Made by a program: the position numbers and the translations under genes. The notes under the pieces were generated by a model, which made no database searches, was not told the DNA's origin, and saw nothing but the letters and a program-made list of their open reading frames with translations. A stretch of 62,206 nucleotides of DNA, counting the filler, from Sphacelaria rigidula (taxonomy: Eukaryota): the NCBI GenBank assembly GCA_964200075.2. It is 9 parts of 9 records of this genome, joined end to end, with 100 filler letters (N's around TTAATTAATTAA, not from the genome) between each part and the next. Parts side by side here need not be neighbours in the genome. Positions count along the whole stretch, not along the records: positions 48,463 to 55,284 come from CAXNAA020017911.1; positions 55,385 to 62,206 come from CAXNAA020017912.1; 7 more parts are not named here. One strand, written 5' to 3'. Below are positions 48,534 through 59,340 of this stretch, piece after piece; positions within the stretch are counted from its first letter, which is position 1; each line of letters begins with the position of its first letter.

Positions 48534-51484
48534 TGCAAAAGGATTGATGTTCGCGGATGATATTGTGGGGAGTTCAGGAACAACATGAGAAGGATTACAG
48601 AAACAGATAAACAGGGCGCTACAATATACACACACATACGACCACGGCTTATACACTGCGTCATGGATGTCTCACACTTTGAACACCACGTAGTGGGACT
48701 TTTTATCGACTTTTTCCTTTCTCTTTTTCAACATCGCCTTGTGAAAGGGGATTGCCCCCAAAACGACCAGTTTTGAATCCTATCGAGAAGCAGTTTTGTA
48801 CAGATCGAACCCCAAATCTGCACGTGGGCTAAGAAATTTATCAAGGAACACGGACAAGCAAAAAATATCTGATCGGCTTTGCGACGCTTGTATATTTACT
48901 TCCGCTCCTTGCCCGCTCTGTCACGATTACCTCGGATACTGGCCACGCTCGCACACATGTCTGCACTCTCGAGCGCACGGTAGCAACAGACAATAGCCAA
49001 AGTAACCACAATATTTATCGCCTTGCAAAACTCGCTCGGGCTGCTGGTAGGTTCTCGAGGCACTCGACACGGAACCGGTGCCCTCTGAGTAGTATTTCGA
49101 GACACCCTATACCCCTTGACATTGAAAAGACAGTGCCACCGACAGGGTAGAATCGGTTGTATTTCCGCCTCGACTTATCAAGCGAGGGAGAACACTCCGA
49201 TATCGAATCGACTGTGGCGTATCTAGCACCTACACCACGAGTTACCGCGCCTCTCATGGTGTAGAGTTGCGTGTAACCCTAAGCGTACTGTTCCACTGCT
49301 GTGCTGTGTGACGTGCGGTCTGTTGTGTGCTGCTACTGCCATGTGTGGACAATGCTGTGTGGATCTACTGTAGCTGATTGTCGTCGACTTGAGCAGGTCC
49401 ATGATTTGCTCCCGCACGCCGCAGGGAAACGATGGCGTTACACGACGAAAATACCTCATATATTTTCGTAAATACAGCTTATCAATCCTTCTTTGATGGT
49501 GTGCAACCCTGATCTGGACAAAAATAGTTCTTGATCAAACTGAATAGTGGTCGTTGTTGAGGCAATCGATTTGCAAAAGTCGAATTTAGGAAGTTCCCGC
49601 GTATGACCTCTCCGACTACCTTGTCACGTAATGGTGTATACACAGTAGTAACAGTGAGTCAGCCGGTAATCGAACTTGTCGAACACAGAGACCAATCCCA
49701 AACTAGATAAACTGCCTACAGTATTGTTCGAAGACGTCCTCTACAGAGCCTGCGTACCGGAGACTGAACAAGGTCAGATAGGATGATCCAATAAAGAAAA
49801 CGAACAAAAGGACGAGACGATGGTAACGAGAAGGGAAGCGCGGGTCTATGATCTCCCTTGGGTTCTGGTCAAGTAGCATCGTCATAGAAACACGATAGAC
49901 GGGCGTGTCTAGCCCACGCACGACATGGCGCTATCAGCAAAAAACAGAATTTGTTCAAAGTTTCTCATATAGAGTGACGAACAAAAGAGATATCATCTGT
50001 ATGTAGTATCAACGACAAACAACTGTATCAAGAACCCAAGAGAAAAATAATATTCCGCCGTCAACAGAAGTAGCCGCCTGCTCTACCCTTCTCAGCTGCA
50101 AGGTACTCTTGGAGGTTGACCTCCTGATGCTTTCATCTGTCTTCATCAGCGCCCATGGCCAACCTCACCGCCCATGGCCAACCTCACCGCCCATCCTCCC
50201 CGGTGTCCATGATCCCACAACAGTCCCCCCTCTGCTTCTTTTCGTGACGAAAGTCCTCCTCCTTCGTGATGCACTCTGGTTCTGGTCTGTAAGAGTCTCG
50301 TCCAGGAGGCTCAAACAGATCTAACCCGTCCGTCGACGACCGCTTCCCCTCCACCCTTGTTGCCAAAACCAGTCTACACACTGGTACACGCTCCTTTGTA
50401 TCAAAGATGCGCGTGCCAGCTTTCGACAGCGGTGTCATCTGCCTCCGCGCACGCACCGAATCCCAACGTGCCCGCACTCAGGGTGTTGACATATTCTACC
50501 GCTGCATTACAACAGGGGTGGTGTGCCTAACGAGCACCGCGCTGACCCAACTCTACCACCACATCATGGCCTTCGCTAAGGGTGGTAGTGAGAAGGAATC
50601 ACTCCTTGAACGTGATTCCGGCCCTACACTCGCCGAAAATACCCTTGCCACGCCGTACCGACAAGGCTGGTCATGGCCTTCGTTGAAAGACGGAGAACGG
50701 AGACGAAAAAAACTGAGGGGGAAACGAGATGATCAACATCTTCAGCTTGATCAATCGTCGTATATCTAGTGAACCCCGAGACATCCAGCTGTGGCCACAG
50801 CATGGACGTACCTGAGATGAACAAAATCGAAAGTGTCGCCAAGAGGAAGTCGAAAAAAGAGGAAATATGTTCGAAGGGTACTCTCCTGCACCCAATCATG
50901 ATCGGGTCCAAAACTGAATTTATCTCAGCAGTATATACGCAAATACATCTTGATGAAAGACTGTATCGTGCCACCTGGAACGAGCGTTTTTCTGTGTTGC
51001 TCTCTGCGGTGTTTGCCTGGTAATTTACGCACCACTTTACCTATAAAGGCTCTGTACGGCTGTACACAATTCAATGGACCTTGCATTCAGAACAACCTGT
51101 ACTGTTCATTATTACTGAATGTTGCTCGTGAAGATAATAGATTGCCGCACCTGTACACGGTTTGAAGGCACCCATCAACGAATCCTGTGATCAGACAGGA
51201 ACAGCAAAACCAACAATCGCTCTGATAAATTCTCAAATTGTGCAACACTGAGTTAGGGTTAGGGTTTACCTGACCCTAACCCTCACCATAACTAGTGAGT
51301 TGTTGTAGCACTCCGCAGCAAGCACGTGCAGCGTTCCCGACAAACCGAAGACAGCAACCAGAAAGATTCCTCGTAGGGGGTCCATAAATATGAGCACATA
51401 TCGTTTTAACGTCTTGTTTATAAGAGAGCACAAAAGGGATACCATCCTGAGGCGAACAAAGCAAACAAAAGTGGGCTACCGGAA

Positions 51485-51582
51485 CCCTTTGACCGCCAGG
51501 GTAGGCCATATGCTATATCGGCCACGTGTGTTCTGGAAGAACAAATGTGGCTCCCAGACGATCCACCTTGGCGGTCGAAGGG
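51485..51582. mobile_element. piggyBac-type MITE (876-973 family, TSDs decayed)
   Basis: TIR ccctttgaccgccagggt / accttggcggtcgaaggg, 98 bp long. Confidence 0.65.
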
Positions 51583-52872
51583 TTTGAAGTGGGGCACCGT
51601 TTTGCAGAAGGTTTGGCCCATTCGCAAGCAGTACCGCCATTTGGTGGATGCGGCAAAAAAAGACGGTACTGCGTTCGAGTGGGCTCAACTGGACTGCGGC
51701 CTTCTTGCTCTACTGTACAGGATACTACGCCGCTCGTACTTGAACCCAACACAAGATATGGTAGCCGCACACTAATTGAACAGCAATACTACTTATAATA
51801 TCGAGGGGAGTCTATACGTTTATGTTGACAGACAATCATGAACACTGTGTGTACAGTTGGTCAGGTGCAGCACAATTCTGTCGAGGGCCCATCACCATTT
51901 CATATTGGTAACTCTATTAAGAGCTCGAGTTTGTCAAGTGAAATCATGTCCCGGGTTCAAGTCTCGGCCTGTTCACCGCGACAGATCAAATGATCCGCGA
52001 AAGTTGAAAAGTAAACGTGAAGTAGCAACGGGTTAACAAACACGACTTCAAAAACTCGCGAATATGCGTAGCTCGGAAATTGTGGGATCTGGCTCCCAAC
52101 GCGCGCGTGACAGGCGTGGGAAAACAGATGCAGGAATATCGGCGCTGTTCGCTGTCGAAAATGGTGACCGTTACGGAACTTTCCATGTGTGTACGGTGCA
52201 CGACCTTTATCACTTCAATCAGCACCATTTTCAGTGAAGCTTCACGAAGTCGTTGTTGATGAAGCACAGACACCCGGGTCGTGTTGTTGGGCGTAAAAAA
52301 AACACACGCACCTCAACAGCAACAAGATTACGTTGGAGAATACGAGAGCCCGACGTTGTTTTGTAAGCGGCAAAGTTGAGCTGTTGAGAGGAAGTGGTAG
52401 GATGAAAAAGAGTGGTCCTCCCACTCTCTCCTAGCGAACAAGAGAGAAGAGTTTGCCCACCTGTTGCCGATCAAGTTTTGACTATGTGTCAGTTGATTGA
52501 GTAAGTGACTGTGGGACATGGACATAATCATTTTCTCATCCGCTCCGGATCCAGATGTGATCACCAGATGGATATGCCCAACATATATAACCGAATTCAT
52601 TCGCTAAAAGATACTGGAGACAAGAGGAAATTCAAATAACAAGAGAGAAAATACCTTTGATTGATTGATAGATTGTCACGCTTGAATTGGCCCCCCAGGA
52701 GTCATGATCCAGCCGCGGTCATTACCCATATGATACGCGTACCCGAGATGCAAACAAAATGAAATACTCGCTACAGAAAAGTGAAAAGCACGGTGGGAAA
52801 ACAGAAAGAGTAGAGTAAGAAAATAACGTAAAAATGGTACGAGCTGGGTCAGCCAACATATCAACATATATA

Positions 52873-53873
52873 CACGGTTCCCCTCCGGGAGGTTGGCATG
52901 GACCTCCCGGGGGTGACGCAAGTCGAAAATATATGGTTAACCCTTAGACCGCGGTGGGGATAGTCAATCTGAATCACGTATCCCTTTTTCAACTGAAAAT
53001 TGATGCCGACGCAGCAGGTGACCTACACCCGCGGTCTAAGGGCTAAGAGAGGCTGTTGAATCTCAAATGTACAGTAATGGTCGTGGCTGTACAAAACATC
53101 GCATGTGCTATCGGATGTCGTTCGGAAATATGGGAATTCCGGCGGAAGCCGACGGCGGAACCGCCGGCATTGGACTCCGAGGTGCCAGAGTGCGAAGTAG
53201 CTCTTGTGCCACAAAGTCATGACAGCGGGAGGCACTCATTTAAAGTTGGGATGCGTGGAACATTCCTGGCATGTTTTTTGTACATCACTGTGGCTTCCAC
53301 GTCACCGAGCCTTTTTTTTTAAACAGGGTGTTTGTTTTTGCGGCAAAAGATTCCTGTGCTGTTGTACTGCTGTGCCTTGTTCAACTCGCCGACGGCCCAT
53401 TGCACGGTCTTGTGTTTCCTGCTGACTAAGGCGAAGGCAACGTTCAATTGTTTCCTATTGCTTTGCTCTCATGTTCTCATAACATTGGCGGCACAACCGG
53501 TGTGTTCGTGCTCACAAATAAACGAAATCGCGACAAAGAAAAACACGGGGAAAAAACACCCTGCCAAAAGTCATCCTGTTTGATGGATTTCCATGATCTT
53601 TAACATGCTTTTTTTGTGGTTCGGGTTCTCGTTTCAAGTTTTCCATGATCTTGAAAAGGCTTTTGTGGTTCGGGATCGAAACCCCGCGAAAAGAGCCAGT
53701 TTGAGCGACTTTCGGTAGCCAGAACACGCGCCACAGGTATCAGATGACACCCAAACCTGAACGGTAATGTACCGCTGAGCTTTCTCAGTGCGCGGCAAAA
53801 GAAAGCGCGAGAAAAATACCTTGGCGCCAGAGAAAACTCGGCAAAAGTAGTGAAAAATGCGAAATGATACATG
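52873..53873. mobile_element. Unclassified (TA)n-flanked element, copy B (1.0 kb)
   Basis: Same termini as 31282-33182. Flanked by catatata and tacatatatacatatat. Confidence 0.8.
52941..53042. mobile_element. piggyBac-type MITE nested in copy B
   Basis: TTAA|cccttagaccgcgg...ccgcggtctaaggg|CTAA, a perfect 14-bp TIR. Confidence 0.85.
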
Positions 53874-56600
53874 TACATATATACATATATTCGGGTGATA
53901 TGAGTAGGTGATGCGCGGTGCACTTTTAGAAGTTGAGCACCGAAATTTTTACATGACGTAGTTATCAAGACGCGAAACGTTCTCAGGGAACGTAAGAAAA
54001 AAACAGCAGAACGGCGTCGATTTCAGCAAAAGGTAGAAAATGTCATAACTCCGTGAAAAATATAAATTCGACCGTATCACCATTTTTTTACTTGTGCACA
54101 TCTGAAAAGGTATCAGCTAAAAACTCCTCAAATTGGGCCGCGCATGTTACATGCCAATCGGCTCGGACGCCCCCCTCCATGATGAAGCTGCTGACGAGCT
54201 TGATGTCATCTCGTAGCATTCCCGGTTCACTCTTGACCACGCGTGTCGAAATTGAAATATGCGATTCCTCCGTGGTATAAAGAAACTCACAACACGCTAT
54301 TATGTCACCATATGAGACGTACCCGGTACTGCAGTACGAAAACATCATGGCCAAAACTGCTCCAATCGAGCAGTGACGGAGCCGTGCATTATCAGGATGA
54401 TCTGCAGTTCAAAGCGATGTGCGTTCATCGGGTTGATTCGGGAAACGGAAGTCATTGTGTGCCCAAGGGTTCGACATATTGCGTGTTACGACTGGCCCAC
54501 TCGTAACTGCCAAAGTAGATGTTGAAGCAAACGAGGAAGAGACCAGGTCAAGATCAAGTACGGGTTCCGCGAAAACTCCGACAGGCTGGTGCCAGGGCTT
54601 CAGGCAGGAACTCGTACAAAAGCCAATGCCGTCGAAGCAGGCCGGAGCCCACCTATCTGGGTACCGCACTGTTTGGGCTGGAACTGTCACCCGCCAGCTC
54701 TGCAGCGGCTAGACACGGACACCAACACGGTCCTGAGAATAGAAGTAAGCCGGCCGTTGCTACTATTGTTTGCCAGCAGTGGCGACTCTGATGTCGGCAG
54801 GTTCCAGCGCGACAACCTCTTCCTCGTGATGTAGGCCAGGATGGCGGAGATCTTTATATCGACACGCCTCCTTCAACTGTTTCGACCTCTCCTCGACGCT
54901 CAGGTGCCATTTGCGCACGTGTTTTTGTAGCAGTGGTTCGATATTGTAAGCCTCAGATCTCATCACCGCCTCCAAACTGACTACTTTTCTCTCCGCCACG
55001 TACCATAGCCCCTACTGCATGCAGGCTCTCCTGGACGCGCCCCCGGGGGGGTATTTCGGGCCTTTTCTTCCACGAAAGTTTACTTCAAATCGCCGTTCAA
55101 AGTAGCAACTATTAATACCTGTTGTTCTAAGACGCTTGTTACCAATAAGTATCGCGAGTGTGTTATGTCGTAACACACACCTATGCGTCCTTTTCCCCGT
55201 GGAATTACCGCCGCCCACGCCTCCACACCCTCCTCCGGCCCGGGTAGACCGCCCCCGAAAGCGGACTCCGACCCTGCGGGGCGCNNNNNNNNNNNNNNNN
55301 NNNNNNNNNNNNNNNNNNNNNNNNNNNNTTAATTAATTAANNNNNNNNNNNNNNNNNNNNNNNNNNNNNNNNNNNNNNNNNNNNAGCACTCTGCAGCCCC
55401 GTTTTTTCCCTTCCACTATGACCCTATACTTCCACGCCTGGTTTGCCGTACGTGTCTAATATTTGCCGCGAAAATGTCGGCAGCAGGAGCTGCAGGAGAC
55501 GAAGCGGTTGCACTTCGCATACGCGTTGGTGAATCGTTTGCTTCCGGTGCACCTTGTCGCTGCTTGATTGTGATATTAATCGGCCAATCTTGTCCGTCTC
55601 AGCTTTCCTTCACTCCTCGGTATGAAGTTCCGATCGGGGCTCAGTCGTCTCTTCTGCACAATGCGGCGGTGAAGACCATACGCGTGTACTTCTTTTTTGG
55701 TTTAAAAAAAAAAATGCGTTGGCGTCTTCTCATGGTGCCGTCTTTTCGCCCACTATTGAGTATGTGTTGATATTGGCCAGCATATTATCACGGTAGCGTC
55801 GGGAATACGCTGTACATTTCGTTGGCCAATCCATCAAAATAATCTCTGCTGAGCCAGCCGTCCGTGCATGCTCCGTGAACATATCTCGGAAAAACACAAG
55901 AACCTGACACATGAGTGTTGCAGGATTGGCGACGAAACACTCTTTGAAAGTGATAGAAGCAAAACGCCCAGGTATTTCGGACGAATCCCTTTGCACTGAA
56001 GATAACACGATAAGAGAAGGTAAGGACGAGGTCAGAAGAGAAGAAGATTCGGGGCTCTCTCACATGGCTTAAACTGTAGGAGCTTACGCACCCGGCACTT
56101 CGCTGAAGTCTTGGGGGGAAATGCGGTGGAATGGGATAGCCTATGTCGTTCATTGATTACGGAATCTCTGTTCCACAACATTCCATCACCATGATGCACC
56201 TGCTCGCGTACCCGAGTGAAACAGCTGAATATGGGAACCTTTGTGGCTCATCTCTCTCGGTCATGACTTGTCTTGCGTGGAACACCTGAGGACAGAATTG
56301 TTGGAAAACCCCTCGTCTCTCATCTCGAAGACGGACGAAAATTGTGAGGGTACTACCTACAGAGTAGGCTACACCCTGTAAAGTGTACGCTTCTTCGCTG
56401 AAAAGCACGGTGTGACGGTGCTATCAGGCCATAGTCCGACCCTCACCAACACTACTTTGTGCTGGCAGCAGACTTGGCTGAGCGGCTTGCGCGCCGGCTC
56501 CGTTTTGAGGTTTGTTACAACTCTCAAGTGTGCAAAGCTCTGCAGGCTGCTCAATGCCCAGGTAGGGTGGTGCTTCTCGAGACGATACAGAATCCAGACA

Positions 56601-56937
56601 AACCAGGAAGGTAGACAAGGAGTTAGCTCGAGCATAGTGCATAGATTGATATGTGCTCAACAGATGTAGGTGTGCGAGTATTTCTCCGCATACGTTACAC
56701 ACCAACCGGCACATATTCTACCGACTGTAGTCTCCACACGTACAACGTGGGTGATGCGTGAACACAGTAACCAGGAAGGTAGACAAGGAGTTAGCTCGAG
56801 CATAGTGCATAGATTGATATGTGCTCAACAGATGTAGGTGTGCGAGTATTTCTCCGCATACGTTACACACCAACCGGCACATATTCTACCGACTGTAGTC
56901 TCCACACGTACAACGTGGGTGATGCGTGAACACAGTA
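56601..56937. repeat. Perfect 168-bp tandem duplication
   Basis: aaccaggaaggtagac...gtgaacacagt begins at 56601 and 56769. No differences seen by eye. Confidence 0.9.
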
Positions 56938-57486
56938 CGGTGCTACTGTGTTTTGACCACGTAGAGGAATGTATAGACAATTCCGTGACAGGTCTATGAT
57001 TCGTGTACAGTACAGACCAAACCACGCGTGAGTAGTCCCTGCATCTATGACTTACGAATTCTGTGCTCACATTGTCTCGCCGGCTATAAGCTGCGCCAAG
57101 CAGAAAGAACAACTCCCATGCTAATATGAGCCAGCAGTGCCCCCCGCTTGCCGCGGTGTCAGGCTCACGTTTTGTCTACAAAGCTGCCGCTGTGAAAAGT
57201 ACGGACACGAATCAAGTCTTCCCGCTGCCTATACCCAGCCTATGACCTCAGCTTTCACGGTAACAACTTCATGTTGTGTCAACCGGCGCCCGGGCTTGCG
57301 TATTCGAAGGTTGCGGCCTTTTCGATCACTTCTCTGTTATCAGCGCATCGTGTGTAGCACGTATCTCATCCGGTACGGGTCCGGTTGCTCCGTGCGATGG
57401 CTTGAACGATAGCTAGAGACTGTGTGAGTGTTTTTCATGTATTGCTGTGTCCATGCGGGTCTTGTGGGATGGATGCTGAACGTTAA

Positions 57487-57669
57487 CGGATGTAACAGAT
57501 TACGTCAATGTTGGCGGATGTAACACAGTACGTCAATATTGGCGGATGTAACACAGTACGTCAATGTTGGCGGATGTAACACAATACGTCAATGTTGGCG
57601 GATGTAACACAGTACGTCAATGTTGGCGGATGTAACACAGTACGTCAATGTTGGCGGATGTAACACAGT
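57487..57669. repeat. 28-bp minisatellite x~6.5 (cggatgtaacacagtacgtcaatgttgg)
   Basis: Adjacent near-identical units with no spacers. Confidence 0.95.
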
Positions 57670-58005
57670 GCGTCGCCATTGACGTAGATAGCAAGACCCT
57701 ACAGTTTACGCTGACATATGGTGCTTTCAATATCTCTACAGATAGTGTATGCAGTACCTCTATAAAGAGGGAGTAAATCTTTAAAACACGCCGAGACAGC
57801 ATCACGAGACACACAGACAACGCCAGGTGCTGTGGAGGAAAGGAATGCGGCGAGATTAATACCGTTTCAACGCAGCATGGAATCTACTGTACTGTACTTC
57901 AGAGCAAACAACCACTCCACAGCTACAGCCTCTGGCTCTTGTTCTAGACAGATGCGTTGGAGCTATATCACACGAACAGAATGGCTCTTAGCAGACTGTG
58001 AAGCA

Positions 58006-58520
58006 CCTGTCTCGTCAGTGTTCCATATATGGTCCGCTGCTGGCTTCTCCTTGTCGACGTAGTCCTGCCATGCGGCATAAAAGTTTCGCACGCGATCTTC
58101 TTCGTCCGCTGCAACCCTGTCGGCCTCGTAGATACGGCTGCGGCGCTCTGCAAGCCGCGGGTGCCTCCGAAGGAACAAGTCGAGCCATGTTCGGCCTGGC
58201 CCTACAGGCGGGTCCCATGGCACCGGTCGATTGTCGCTGCAGAGTGCCATAACCCCCTGCTTCAGGTCATCTCTAGTCAGGCCGAGATGGCGAGTTGCGG
58301 CGAATTTCAGCTTATCTTCTATTGTACTTTCTTCCTCTGTCGTCAGCACAGTGTCTGGGCCAACCCTGGCAGCTCTGCCCACGCTACCATTCAAACGCTT
58401 CTGAAGCGAACCAACAAAGGTCTTGGCTGCAGAACGGAAGGTCGTGCGAACACCGCTGCGCACCGCTTCTACAGTGCTGCACGTTCGGGGTCCACCCTTG
58501 CTCTCTGCATGCTTAGCAGC
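58006..58520 (-). pseudogene. pogo/Fot1/Tigger-type (Tc1/mariner superfamily) transposase N-terminal part: HTH + CENP-B HTH + first catalytic Asp
   Basis: VEAVRSG...FRSAAKTF...LQKRLNG; GPDTVLTTEEESTI; PGRTWLDLFLRRHPRL; HIWNTDETG. Probable donor ACAG|GTGCTT after DETG. The rest of the DDE domain is not seen. Confidence 0.85.
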
Positions 58521-59064
58521 GGATCGACCAAAAAGTTGATTTAGGAGACAGACACACTCGCGCTTACTTGCGGTGCTGTAGCACCACGTATTTAGATGAC
58601 CCAGGCACGTGCTTTGGCTCTTGACAAAACGAGTTTTTGTGCACACGGAGCAAGGGACAGAATGGAAAACGATTAATATTTTGCGGAGTTATGGACGATT
58701 GAAGGAACTTGTATCTTGGCAAACTTGAACGTATTTTTGTTAACAAGGTTGCCAGAAAAATTAGAACGTATTTTGAAAGGAGAATCAACCGCTCCCCGGG
58801 GTCGTATCCATTTTCGGATCAAGTTTCGCTCGGAAGCGCCCCCGTGGAGTTACTGTTGCCAGGAGTAGTCTCAACGGGCGGCCAACAGAGGGGGACATGT
58901 TTACCCGGTCATGATGGCTGATGCGTGAAGAATAAACGTCTTCGGCAACACTACTGACCTGAAAGATGATGCCGCAAGAATATGAAATCGCACTTTTCAT
59001 GTTTTGAAGGTATTGGATACAGACGAGTGATATCGTGTACAGGTATACGGCAACCAAGTTTGAA

Positions 59065-59340
59065 CCTGGGACAGTGCCGCATCATATGATACTCTGGGTT
59101 TGATTGATGATGTTGTCCAACGTTTTGTGTGTTGTTTACCGGAGTAGTTTTGTTCATGCCTCTCTTCAGGTTGCCTACGCTTTGCGAGAGGGTTACTAGG
59201 GAAGCATGCAGAGACTCCAGGGACAATCCGCTATCCGTAGCAGCTGACGCCTCTTTGGCTCGTTTGTGAGCTTTAGCGGCTGGAGTTTTCTCCGTTCGAA
59301 TGTGTAAACCCTCCTCTTTGAAATTCAAGATTGGCACCCT
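59065..59340 (-). pseudogene. Possible gag-like remnant
   Basis: LESLHASLVTLSQSVGNLKR followed by a half zinc knuckle NPEYHMMRHCP. Weak evidence. Confidence 0.25.

Noticed and set aside
48645..48750. piggyBac cysteine-rich domain (TTWCSKCETSM on the minus strand)
   Set aside because: A single CxxC in a frame with stops, and an alternative frame looks equally protein-like.
54088..54999. Gypsy RT/RNase H remnant
   Set aside because: There is only a vague resemblance (RKVVSL...KQLKE) and no catalytic motifs.
56601..56937. Functional direct repeat or LTR pair
   Set aside because: The copies are adjacent and identical, with no TG..CA ends or PBS. A recent duplication or assembly artefact is more likely.
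57487..57669. CRISPR array
   Set aside because: The units are adjacent with no unique spacers and there are no cas genes. The same applies to 33531-33606 and 19518-20663.
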